64,000 nt of DNA from the human T2T-CHM13v2.0 reference genome, Homo sapiens. Positions 27,000-41,742 of the stretch are shown in pieces. The stretch lies in the NCBI RefSeq assembly GCF_009914755.1, contig NC_060935.1. One strand, 5' to 3'. The notes under the pieces were generated by a model. The model did no database searches. It was given only the letters and a program-made list of their open reading frames with translations, and was not told the DNA's origin. Each line of letters opens with the position of its first letter. The first letter of the stretch is position 1. A program made the translations under genes and the position numbers.

Positions 27000-28220
27000 C
27001 TTTGCTCATTCTATGCCTCCTCAAGGACTAATTTATGACCAAACTTAGTGGTTTCCAACCTTTGATTTCTCCTCTTTCCATTCCACTCTCATGACGTACC
27101 TGCAAGCACCCTTACACAACACTCACATCTATGTCATATTCTCAACAGCAATCCCCGCCATCTGGATCCAGCCTGCTCCTCCAATGAGACAGCCTTTGGT
27201 GATCTGACAACTTCTTGTCGTCAAACCCAGCACACACTCCTCAGCCCTTCCCTTTCTTCATTTCTCTGAATGTGACACTGATAACCACTTTTTCTTGAGA
27301 AAACCTTTCTTCTCTTGGCTGTCAAAGAGAGCGCACTCTCCTGGTTCCCTTCTCCATCCCTGGCACCCTCCTTCATCGGCCCCTTAGACTGTTCTTCTTC
27401 AGGTCTGTGTAGTCCTAGGCCCCAGGTGACAAGCACCCATTCTCGCACGGCTATTACCACTTACAGGCTGACAGTTCCCGAACTCTGGCCAGACCCGCTC
27501 CTAACTTACAGAACCAGGTCACCAAATACTGACTGTCTCTAAGCCCCTAAATGGAACTCACCATCAAGTCTCCTGACGACGTCCCCTTTCGAGGTCTCCA
27601 TCTTGGTCAATATCACCACCACATGCCCAGCTGCCAAAGCAGAAAGCTGGAGGTCCTCCTTGACTCCTGCTCTCCTGAACTGCCTCACCAAGCCAATCAC
27701 CATGTGCCGTGGAGTCCACCCCTGCAATGTCACTGCAACCTGTCTACTCTTCCCTGTCTCGAAAGCCACAGCCTCCTGCATGAACTATGGCAGTTTTGTT
27801 TTTCCTATTGTTTTCCCAATAATCCGTTTACCACCACATAGCCAGGATGACTTTCCTAGTGTATCATGCAGCTTCTGGGCTTTAAACCTTTCAGCAACCT
27901 AATGCCCTAAGAATGAAGTCTAGAATTTTAACCTGTGCTCACATCTCTTCTTCTTAGCCTGTACTCGCCATGAAGAAAAGCTTTGACTCAAACTCCCCTC
28001 TGTCTATAGAGCTGTCTGAAAGGCCCTCTGCTTTGAATAGGCTTCACTTGGCCAACTTCTCATCCCCCTGTAAGACTCAGCTTAGGCAACACCTCCCTGA
28101 GGGAGCCTCTCGGGACTTTCTCTGCAATGCCTTTCCTATGTCTTCTCACAGCACCCAAGAAGCTCCTTCCTTGGTACTTCTTATTTTTACCCGTTGGATG
28201 ACTCCCATTTTATGGTGATT
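27000..28220 (+). mobile_element. Degraded L2 LINE
   Basis: Pyrimidine-rich with L2-like motifs (cactctcctggttccct, gtcctccttgactcct, aagactcagcttaggcaacacctcc). Confidence 0.6.
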
Positions 28221-30829
28221 CTGAATTCGGCTCTCCCCATCCCATCCCTCCTTCCAAAACATTCACTGTTGACAACAGAAAACCAAAGCACTTTTATGTG
28301 TTTGTCTCTAAACTAACATAAACGCTCCATTTTTGAGCACAAAATGGGTATGTATTTGATGCTATGTATTACATCAACACAGAGATTTCACTTACATGTT
28401 ACCAATGTATTCTAATTTTGTTTGAAAAGCATTATCTCATCAAAAGCCCTGTCAAAAGGTATGCTCATCAAATCAAAGGAAAAAAAAGACAGGCAAAGAA
28501 TTTGAGAAATGTGACAAAGATGAGGACCCAGTAGAGTGACAAGAGTCCTTCACTGTCCAAAGAAGCTGCACTGTCCTGGCAGGGGTTGAGAATTTCAGAC
28601 AGTGAAGGCTAAAGGAGGAAGACAGTGGCCACAATGACAAACTAAAAGTCAATGATTTTAAAAAGTCCATCAAGAAACCAAGGACTATGACCTAAGTGGG
28701 GTCAGATGCACCTGTGTTTGAGCTTGCTGTGGCACTTATATGCCTCGTATGACTCTTCCCCTAGGGGCTGGGACAAATCTCAAATACATGGACCTGGACT
28801 GTAATTTTAGGTGGGGGTACACATTCTTCTCAGCAATTACTACATGCTAGGTGCTGTGCAAAATGGCCACATTCATCCTAATGAACGCCGTTGGAAGGGA
28901 AAGCGATTAAAGCTATGTGAAAACCAAGCTTACACGAACTAGCATGCCTAAGGTCATCCAGCTGGTGAATGGCAGAGATGGGACTTGTTAGGCCTTCCTG
29001 AGCATTAAAATCACGCTTATGCTGCCTATAAGGCATATACAGAAGAATTATGGTGTTGGCCTCAACTTACGGGTAAAGGCCCCACTGCATGGCTATTATG
29101 GTCATTTCAGGGTGTCCTCAAAATCATAAGGCAGGGTGGCACAAGACTTCCAGTCAGACAAAAGAGCTGTGACCGACACCAAAGCCTTCCTGAGCACTCA
29201 GGCCGCACTGGAAATGCACAATCAGCGTGAACTAAGATAATACAAGGGCCACAGCTGAGCATCTCCAGAGCTGGAGGATCCAGAAGGCCTCTGACAGGAC
29301 TTTAAAGACCTCGGTCTCAAGGAGTTTACTTGGCACAAGCAGCTTTCATCTGACATGACTAGCACAGACTGCCAATGGCTACCTGGAACGGGGTGTTAGA
29401 ATTTGGAAGCAGCCCGAAGGCTCAGCAGAAAAGTGTTCAGATCAACTCTTGACATGAGTGACAGGGCAGGAGTGAGGAGCAGCGCCCCAGCCTCTGCATC
29501 TAGGACAGGTGCTCCATAGTTAAGATCAACTTCTCCCTCTGGCCGATTCTTCTGGGGCTTGTCCTGACTTGTGGCACCTGCAGAGACCCGTGTCCGCATC
29601 TTCACAGACTGCTCGCGAGCCTCTCTCTGGTCTCACCTTCCCTATCACAGCACTAACTTCAGAGGGGGCAGCCCAGTCAGCGAGGCATAAGAGGCCTGAA
29701 AAACCAGAATCCTCCAGTCCTGGCATTCTAATTCAGACCTGTGGACTGGATTTGTGAAAACGGATTCCTTGTTGTCTCTACTTCTGGATGCTAAAGCAAA
29801 GTCACACCATAGCTCTCAAGGTACTTTCCGAAAAAGCACCTGTATGGAAATTTTTCTTCCAACTACTCAGAACATTTTTTTATACATGTGTTCAAAGAAA
29901 GCAGTTCCTCTATCAGCTGCTAAATTCTAAACGAACCACATGATAAAGATGAGCAGCCACACAGAAAAAGCACTCCGCAAACACATACACAGCACATGCA
30001 CCCACCACCCTGGGAGGAGGGACTGGCAGTGCTGGCTTTCCTGCAGGATGTGGCTTCCAGAACCTTTCTTTCAGACAGGTGGAGGGGATGGCTGAGACAA
30101 ACACCAAAAGAAATACAGCCTAAGAGAACGCATGTAAGAACTCAAGAAATCCTTATGTGAACATGACTTAACATACAATGGTCTCAGAGACAACTAAAGC
30201 CTTGAGCTCCTTCAGAGAGAGCACTGAGCCATGCCTATCCACTCTGCCCATGACCTCAGAGTTAGTCATACTGATCCTTGGATTGCTCCAATCATGCTGC
30301 AGAAAGGGAATTTGAATAAGCCAAGCACCCCAATATCAGCAGTCCCTGCAAAATGTACACCTTTCTTCTGTAATGCTGAGACTTCAGCTTAAAGCGATTA
30401 TTCAGTCCCTCTGAACTTGAAAGCCTGTGCCTCCAGTTTGTTCTGCTTACTTGTGCACCTGTCTTATCCTGGAGCTAAGTAAGGCATAAGCTCCCTGAGG
30501 AAAGGGCCCAAGTCTCAAACATCTTTGTATGTCTTCAAGAACTAGCAGGATTTCAGTAAGTATTTAGTTTGTTAATATATATTCCCAAATATTTGGTTTA
30601 ATAAATATTAATAGTTAAATATTAGTACACCCAACATCTTCCAAAAATTATTTGTATTCTTATCTTTTAAACTAAGTAGTATATTGAGTTCAGTAGCTAT
30701 ACACCAGTAATAAAGTTACTACTTAAGCATAAAACACCTACATCACATAGCCATTCAACATAGGCAACTCTGTGGCTGTCTCCATATACAGATGGCAGCA
30801 CGAACCTAAGTGTTTTTGTTTAAAAATCA

Positions 30830-31264
<435 letters not shown>

Positions 31265-31351
31265 TTATGTCTGCATTTATAAAATGGGCTTCACAAGTCT
31301 CCAGTTTCACCAAGGAACCAGACTCAGAAAACAAATGGTCGTTATGCTGCA

Positions 31352-31357
31352 TTTATT
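31352..31357 (-). terminator. Intronic poly(A) signal for the short KMT5B isoform (3' UTR about 32592-31335)
   Basis: AATAAA 1.24 kb downstream of the read-through stop, followed by U/GU-rich tttgttttctgagtctgg; intervening DNA is Alu-free. Confidence 0.65.
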
Positions 31358-32595
31358 ATGAGAATCAACAGTCAACAGTTAATGATTGACTAACTCTTGT
31401 TGTTCACTCTGGACATTAACGAAAAAGACTGGAATAGGGCTACAGCGCTGCTTTTATGCTACACGGGTTATGCTTGGACTCTGACTCCCAGCAGCAGGTA
31501 GATTCAGGAATTCATGGCAGTGACATTCACCATCATGGGAAACACCTTCCCTTTTCTTCAGGATTCTCTGTAGTGGAAGAGAGCACCCAGTGTTGGGCTG
31601 AAAACATCTGAAAGTAGGGAGAAGAACCTAAAATAATCAGTATCTCAGAGGGCTCTAAGGTGCCAAGAAGTCTCACTGGACATTTAAGTGCCAACAAAGG
31701 CATACTTTCGGAATCGCCAAGTCAAAACTTTCTAACTTCTGTCTCTCTCAGAGACAAGTGAGACTCAAGAGTCTACTGCTTTAGTGGCAACTACAGAAAA
31801 CTGGTGTTACCCAGAAAAACAGGAGCAATTAGAAATGGTTCCAATATTTCAAAGCTCCGCAAACAGGATGTGCTTTCCTTTGCCCATTTAGGGTTTCTTC
31901 TCTTTCCTTTCTCTTTGTTTAGTCTTCGTTCTCTTTTTCAGTTTCCATCAGATCTTGCCCCCACACACCACTGGAATCTCAGAGGTTGCTTCTTTCTCCT
32001 TTCCATCTTTACTCCTACTTTCTGGAGTAGCCAATACAGCATGTCACAATACGGCACTGTTCAAAATGCTCCTCTATCACAATTCTGAGTCTGGTACTGG
32101 TGGTCTGCTGAACTGAGTCAGTTCGTTTTGAAAAAGGTCAGCAAGCAATGAAAAGGTGGAAGCCTTAAGGCCAGAAGCTATGAATTCCCCAAGTCCATCA
32201 TCTTTTCTAACAAACTGGCTAGGCACTGGAATGTATAGAGTCTAATTTAATTCTACTCAGTCCTTTTGTCTTCTTGCAGGACTTAGCGACATCATCACAG
32301 TCTCTAACACCTTGAAAATGTTTAAAACATATGATGACCTTGGAACATATGATGAAGAACTCATATCCAGTTACCAAGGTATTCAAGAAAAATAGTCTAG
32401 AGGACGGTACTGAAGTTAGAGATGGGATACAGACTGTGCCTCTACTCAAATCACGTCTAGAGCCTTGAAGTGCAGCCAAAGCTCACAAGTCCCAGTCTCT
32501 CTGAGTATTTAAAAGTTTAAAACTACTGAAGCACACTTTATAAAGCAAATTGTGTGAAAATACTTTTAAAAGATATGCTTATCAAATCTCCCTTA

Positions 32596-32853
<258 letters not shown>

Positions 32854-32995
32854 TTAACTGCTGAGGGTACTTGGCTACAGGTTAACAGATGTGATGAGCT
32901 GCTGAGGCCTTAATCACCACTGGAAACCGAAGACTAGAACTCACAAAGGAAATTAAGTATCTATATTATAAAATTAACTTTAAATCTATATTTAA

Positions 32996-33244
<249 letters not shown>

Positions 33245-33954
33245 TAAATTTTTTTTTGTAGAGATGGGGTCTCACTATGTTGCCCAGGCTGGTCTCCAAC
33301 TGCTGGGCTCAAGGGATCTTCCCAGCTGGGTCTCCCAAAGTGCTGGATTTACAGGCGTGAGCCACAAAGTCCAGCCCTTTAATAAACATTGCCAGATTAC
33401 TTTGCCAAAGGGATAGAGCAAATCATGGTCCCACTAGCATGGTGTGAGTTCCTGCTTCTCCACATCCTCATCAACGGTACATTGTACTCCTTAAATTTTA
33501 CCAAAGTGGGCCGGGCATGGTGGCTCACACCTGTAATCCCAGCACGTTGGGAGGCTGAGGTGGGCAGATCACGAGGTCAAGAGATAAAGAGACCATCCTG
33601 GTGAACATGGTGAAACCCTGTCTCTACTAAAAATACAAAAAAAAATTAGCCCGGCGTGATGGCAGGCGCCTGTAGTCCCAGCTACTCGGGAGGCTGAGGC
33701 AGAAGAATTGCGTGAACCTGGAAGGTGAAGGTTGCAGTGAGTTGAGATCGAAACTTACACAGAGCAAGACTCCGTCTAAAAAAATTTTACTTTTTGCCAA
33801 AGTGATGAGTGAAAATGAATACCTAATCTTGTTTTAATCTCATTTATGGCCATTTTTTTCCTGTGAAGCATCTCTGCATCTCTTTTTCCTTTACCTTTTT
33901 TCCTATTTGACTATGTCTTTTCCCTATAAGCTTATAGGAGCTTTTTGTTATTAG

Positions 33955-34191
<237 letters not shown>

Positions 34192-34739
34192 TGATCCACC
34201 TGCCTCAGCCTCCCAAAGTGCTGGGATTATAGGCGTGAGTCACACGTGCGTGGCCTTTGCTTTAAATTTTCTAGAGTAAAATGTGCAGTACTTATGAACA
34301 TATTACAATTACTACTGTCAGTACAGTGTAGCAGAGAAACATGCTTCAAATGTATCCTGGAGTGTCTAGCGCGACTCAGTGTCTCTGCACACGTGATTCC
34401 GTCCATTCTCACTTCTTCACGGAGCCTCTTCCTTTTACCCTCTGGCTCTCAGCACAGTGTGTGTGTCCCCTTCACTGAACTGCCCTGACAGCTGGCACTG
34501 TGCTGGTCTTGTTTATCCTGCATGCACTTGGCCTAACATTAAGTAACTGTTCAGTTAATATGTAATGAATAATGGAATGAGCTCCTAGATGCATCTTCCC
34601 AGCTAATTTCTGTAAAGGCAGAAACAATTTGGTGTTTATGAGAACTTCAAGAATATATGCAGCCAATCTTGAAATCAAACTGCTCAAACAGTCTGACAAT
34701 AGCCATGGCCACTATTCTCCATCATGCTGTTCCATTTAA

Positions 34740-35380
34740 AAAGGACTTACACACGTTTCTATCTACTTCTCACACTAACCTTGTGGAGTAGGTGGGATTA
34801 TCCTCATTTTCACCAGTGAGAAAACAGAGGCTCATGAAAGAGAACTAATCTGCTCAAGGAAAATGACTATACCTGCAGTTCTAAACCAGGGAAAGAGCTG
34901 TTTCGGTGTTGGTTTGGAATCCTCAGTATGTGGTTAGGTGTTTTCAGGACCGCCTCCAAAAACTTCATTATATATATTTACTCTATTCATTCATTTACCA
35001 AATATTTATCAAGGACTTACTATGCACCAGGGTACTGTTCTGTATTCTGGGGATATAGCGGAAAATGAAACAGATACAAGCCCCTGCCTTCATGGAGCTC
35101 ATATTCTAATGGGAAAATAACCAGAAACCAATTATTGTAGTTAACATTTGTGTATTAACTGTGTGCTATTCTACATGCTTTACAGGAAATAACAAATTTA
35201 GCCTTCACATCAACCCTACAAAATAGGTTCTGATGTTATCCCCATTTTACAGATGGGGAAATTAAGGCACAAAGCAGCTAAGTGACTTACCCTACACATC
35301 ACATAGCTAATGAAATGCAGAGTTGCAGGATTCCAACCCAGGCAGTCTGATTTCAGATGATAGGCACTTAACTGTTATAC
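34740..35380 (-). mobile_element. MIR and L2 3'-end fragments
   Basis: cattcatttaccaaatatttat..ttactatgcaccagg (L2 end); tatccccattttacagatggggaaattaaggcac (MIR core). Confidence 0.75.
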
Positions 35381-36632
35381 TGTTTCCTCTACAAAATGAT
35401 TTTGAAGAATTATTGAACTATAATTAAACTACTTTAAAGGGTATTCTCTGGACTGGTCCAAGATCTAACCAACATGTGAATAATTTTTATGTAGAAAAAG
35501 ATAAATTTTATGTCCCTCTGCCCTGGTAAAAATTCAGCAGCACTAGGAACTGGTTTTCTGCCACATCTTTATGGCAAGGAGCCCACTCAGTGCTGGGAGA
35601 GGGATGGCTACGGTAGCACTGTGACTTGATGACTCCGTCCTCTCTCACCACACAGTTGGAAATCCCTGGCTATCCAGAAAGGAGGGAAATGGCAACTGGG
35701 GTATCTGCCCACTGCAACCTCTAGGCTGGCTATTTGTAGGTGTTTTAAAGTGGGAGAAGTGACACTAATAACTCTGATCATAACTCCAAAAGCAATATGA
35801 AGTGGAAAGAATGAGGACTCTGAAGTTAGGCTGACTGGGGTCTGATACTTATGTTCTGGTACTCGCAATGTGGGCACCTCCTAGCTCTCTCATGAATATC
35901 TGTGAGAACTGAACAAGGTGGTGTGAGTAAAGTGCCTGGCACAGTGCAAGATGTGCAAAATGGACTCCAGGTTTCCTTCTCTGTGGCCTGTGTGGTCTGT
36001 ACTGCCTTTGAGGGGACTCTTCCTGCAGCCCTTGCCTGCCTGAGCCTGTGACGCTCCCTTCATGGTGCTCTCACACACAGAAGTCACTATAATGAGCAAT
36101 ATGAACTGGTGGTCCTGCCAATGAAGATCTGGGGGATTTCTGTAAAGACTCCAGGACTCTTGATGAGACATAAGAAGAGGTTCCTTATTGAATGACTGAT
36201 ATCAGGGAACAACTCTTAAGAACTGTGAAACCAAAATTCCAGAAGACACAGCTTGATAATATGCAAGACGACTATCAGTGGTGAACTCCACTTGACATTT
36301 TGAGTAGCGGCAACCCCATTCTGGCATTGCGTGTGTGCATGTGTGTGAGCTATTAACCATTCTCTCCTTAAGCACATCTGTATTCTGGCCCACTCTTAGC
36401 TGGTAATATTAAGATTTTAAAGGGAAATTTTAAATTTATTGAGGGACATTCCAGTGTCCCTAAATAGCTGTGCAGCATTTGACTTTGTTCATACACACTG
36501 CACCAGCCGCTATGCTAAAGAACATAAAGACTATCTCTGCATTTAAACAACAAAGAGATAATGTGAGTTTAATCCCCATAATCAGGTTGTTAACAAAAAA
36601 TGTTTAGGCTGAACATTTTACTTAATACCTTA

Positions 36633-36770
<138 letters not shown>

Positions 36771-36850
36771 CTAAAATAAAAGTAACTCAGTAAGAAACTC
36801 ACACCTGAAGCAAAAACAAAATACTTGAAGAAAATTTTTTTAATGCTTAC

Positions 36851-36870
36851 CTTACAATTAGGTCTGCAAT
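36851..36870 (-). CDS. KMT5B: KMT5B exon 8, 20-nt microexon (DCRPNCK)
   Basis: tttttcag|ATTGCAGACCTAATTGTAAG|gtaagc; completes the NHxCxPN SET motif and restores frame. Confidence 0.96.
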
Positions 36871-37114
36871 CTGAAAAATGTCCAAAAGATAAAGTCAATT
36901 AACTGTTGATAAGATCTGAAACACGAACAATTATAGAAATCTGAAATAAGCTTTCCATATAACTTTACAACTTTTGATAGGAGTTTAGGTCTCAAGTTCA
37001 ACTAAAGGAATATACATTTATTTTAATAAGTTTGTGGAAACATTTCTATTTCAAATTCTCCTTTAAAGGAAGATAAAGGTTTGACTGAGGTTGACAAGGC
37101 CATTCTAGCAGTTA

Positions 37115-37366
<252 letters not shown>

Positions 37367-37727
37367 TTAAATATAGTAAGGCTTCTTTTAATAAAATAAT
37401 CCTGACAATAAATATCAGAAACTGAAAAGGCCTAGCTGTCTATACTTTAGTTAGCTCACTGGATCCCCACCTGGCTATCTTCTCTCCTACCCTGGAGCTC
37501 CACAGCCTTGTGCCATGGTTACTTGTGTACCTATCTTATTCCTGCAAGAGAATGGAAACTCAACCAGGACAGGGACTATGCCACCTATGTCTCTGAATGC
37601 CCTGGTGTGGTGTTTTGCAAGCAGAAAATACTTGCGGCAATGAATTAAACTTTCTGACTGCTGGATGAAGCAGGCAGGGACCAGTGGCAGTAAGGGTTAT
37701 GAGGATCCGGAATCATGGTGCCACTCT

Positions 37728-38328
37728 TTAGAGCACACCATCTGCTAGGAATATAATGCAAGCCAAATTTTCAATCTTAAATTTTTTAGCAGCCACATTG
37801 AGAAAGTTAAGTGAATATAGATGAAATTACTTTAACAATTTATTTTATTTTATTTTATTTGAGACGGAATCTCGCTCTGTTGCCCAGGCTGGAGTGCAGT
37901 GGCGTGATCTCAGCTCACTGCAACCTCTGCCTCCTGAGTTCAAGTGATTCTCCTGCCTCAGCCTAAGTAGCTGGGACTACAGGTGTGTGCCACCACACCT
38001 AGCTCATTTTTTTTTTTTGTATTTTTACTAGAGATGGAGTTTCACCGTGTTGGCCAGGATGGTCTCGATTTCTTGACGTCATGATCCGCCCACCTCAGCC
38101 TCCCAAAGTGCTGGGATTACAGATGAGCCACCATGCCCAGCCAACAATATATTTTAACCCAATATCCAAAATACGATTTCAGTAGGTAATATAAGAACTA
38201 TGAATGGGAATAAAATTTAATATGAAATCTGGTGTGTATAGCACACTTACAGCGCTTCTCAATTCAGACTAGCTACATTTCAAGGACTCAAGGGCTGGTG
38301 GCTACTGTACCGGACGGTACAGCTCTAG
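37728..38328. mobile_element. MER33-like hAT-Charlie DNA transposon split by an Alu (37840-38142, -)
   Basis: aatataatgcaagcca..ttaaatttttt.agcagccacatt and ctcaattcagactagctacatttcaag..gtggctactgta..acagctctag. Confidence 0.75.
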
Positions 38329-38675
38329 GACTCTAGATCTCAAACCTACACACCCATCTGCAACACAGGGAGCCACATAATCCAACTAGCAGGCTCAATA
38401 CATCCTGAGGTAAATGAAGCACATTTCATGTACACACACTCACCCCAGAGGCCTGGCAATAAAGTTCTTTTACCTATCCATTTTCAGATATCTGACCCCC
38501 CAAATTTTTGTGGTAGAAATATCAGAGGGTGGGTACATGAGGAGCTACATGTTTTTCCTGGGAGATAACATAGGGAACAGGCATGATAGGAAAGAAGATA
38601 CAGTAGTATATTCTCTTTCATCTGTAACTTTTATCCCTTTTAGCTGGGCTCAACTCTGACTTAATTTTGAGATAG

Positions 38676-39014
<339 letters not shown>

Positions 39015-39412
39015 TAAGCAACTAATGCTTTAGGGAGGTTTCCACCCATAAAACTAGGATCATTAAAACTTTAGCCCCAACCTTTCTTCTAGGCCAGTAG
39101 AAGACTGACTGTGGAAGCCAGGTTATCTAATCACGGTATCCACAACTCTTCAGCAATCATATCACTGAACAGGCATCCAGAGTCAATAAAGGAAAATGAA
39201 AAGCAATTTGGCCTAGAGATGGGATCTGGTTCAACTGAGACTTCCGATTTCCCCACTCTGACTCCAGCTGATGGGCCAAGGCAACGGCGATGCATTGGCT
39301 ACTTCAGGGTAAACTCTGGCTTCATTCCTTACCATGAATTTCTCAGCACTTCAACAATAATTTAGAAGAGAACTTTAAATTAAATTAAAGGCTTATACTA
39401 GTAGAATAGTTA

Positions 39413-39523
<111 letters not shown>

Positions 39524-40628
39524 CTAAAACAGGAAAAAAAAAATTGATAATGACTTTAAATGGTATACCCTGCTAGACTTTCTTACAATTATAAAAGCAA
39601 ACCACCCGCAATGATGAAAAAAATGTAAGATCTAGCCTGAGCAACATAGCGAGACCCTGTCTCTACGAAAAACATTAGCCAAGCATGATGGCATGTACCT
39701 TTAGTGCCAGCTACGTGGGAGGCTGAGAGGAAGAATCACTTGAGCCCAAGAGATGGAAGCTGCAGTGAGCCATAATCAGGCCACTGCACTCCAGCCTGGG
39801 TGACAGAGCAAGATTCTGCCTCTAAAAAAACAATAAAATAAACAAAAAAAGTAAGATCATTAGGTAACAAACTTTATTGTTACTCAAGAGTTTTGAATGT
39901 CACAATTTTTCTCATTTTGCAATATTTGCATTACAGTAACTAGCTGAACACCTCTAAACAAAAAATTCAAAATCCTCCCATGAGCATTTCCTTTGAGTGT
40001 CAGGTCGGTGTTCAAAAAGTTTCAGATTTTGGAGCATTTCAAATTTTGGGGTTAAGGGTACTCACTCTGTATGAGTACCTAATGGCTTGTTTCCCTTAAG
40101 GCTCATAATGAATTTCACCTCTATATGACAAAGTTTTCTCTCCTTTTTTGGTTTTAGAGACAGGGTCTTGCTCTGTCTCCCAGGGCTGGAGCGCAGTGGC
40201 ATGATCATAGCTCAGAGCAGCCTCTAACTCTTGGGCACAAGCAATGCTTCTGGCTCTGCTTCCTGAGTAGCCGGAACTACAAACTACAAAGGTACACACT
40301 ACTATGCCTAGCTAATTTTTTTATTCTTATTTTTTTAGAGATGGAGTCTTGCTATGTTGCCCAGGCTGGTCTCGAAGTCCTGGCCTCAAGCAATACTCCC
40401 ATCTTAGCCCCCACAAAGTGCTGGGATTACAAGCATGAGCCACTGAGCCTGGCCCAGTTTTTTCTCTGGACTGTCATCCAAATGACTGTATGTGTTACAA
40501 GATCTTCAGACTGATTAGTTTTATGAAAAATAAATTTAAAATTTCAGTATTAACTAACATTTAGGGTTTTAATTTACTTCACTATTCTTATCCAAATAGG
40601 TTAACAGCATCAGTCTTAATAAACTTAC

Positions 40629-40794
40629 ATGTTCTTTGAATAATTTCTCCTGCATTTTATTCTTGTTGAGAAAATAGTGCCGTGCCCATTCGCCTGAAGT
40701 CAAACATTTGAAGGCTTTCTCCAAGTGTTCATCTTTCTTAAAACGTTCAATTACTTCCTTTAGTTCTTCCTGCCTTCCTTTAATAGGCCTAAAT
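40629..40794 (-). CDS. KMT5B: KMT5B exon 5 ([10 protein letters not shown]...KLFKEH)
   Basis: tctttcag acceptor, CAT|gtaagt donor, 166 nt; lies inside ORF 40569..40898. Confidence 0.97.
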
Positions 40795-40990
40795 CTGAAA
40801 GAAATCAAAAGAATGAATGGGTTATCTGCCACAATCCTTGCGCCACTGATCCATCTTAACAGATCTTGAGAAAGAGCTAATACCCTAAAAACAGCCATGG
40901 TTATCAGAGCAAAGATCTAAGAGAAGAGAACAACAATCAATAGTCTTGATTACTACTATTCAAGTAATACTGATCACCTGGATACGCAAG

Positions 40991-41103
40991 TTCTCTTTTT
41001 TCAATCTGTTATTTTAATATTTTTATTTCACTGTTATCTCAGTAACTTCTCTTTTTTCAATCTGTTATTTTAATTATTTTTATTTCACTGTTATCTCATT
41101 AAC
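40991..41103. repeat. Tandem duplication, 2 x ~56 bp
   Basis: ttctcttttttcaatctgttattttaat...ctgttatctca(g/t)taac repeated head to tail. Confidence 0.95.
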
Positions 41104-41520
41104 TGTGAGGTGAGCAGACGATTCAAACAAAAGCTGTCTGATTCAGACTTACACTAGTCGTCAACTTTGGGAGACACAAAATCAAAGCTCTAGAATACAG
41201 CACACCTAATTTAGAGTTAGAATGACAAGAATCTTTTTAAAACATGCAAAATCAAGCTGGAAGAGTGCCAGGCAATGAATTTCAGAAGTATGATGATGTA
41301 AACAAAACCATGCCATACACAAAAACATTCTTTATGTACACAGTCAGAAAAAACCCCAAACTAAGTATTCCAACAGGCTTCGAAACACACCTTGATGTTC
41401 TAACCACCCATGTCAAAGTCATCTTTGATGACTGCATTCAGAGAACAAAACGAGTACAAGCAGTGTTAACTCTAGTGGTGAAATTGCTATACTGGTAATG
41501 TAGGAAAACTGATGGGGTAG

Positions 41521-41742
<222 letters not shown>

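Noticed and set aside
31317-32095. 13-nt inverted match accagactcagaa / ttctgagtctggt across the short 3' UTR
   Set aside because: Short enough to arise by chance, and one arm lies beyond the likely cleavage site
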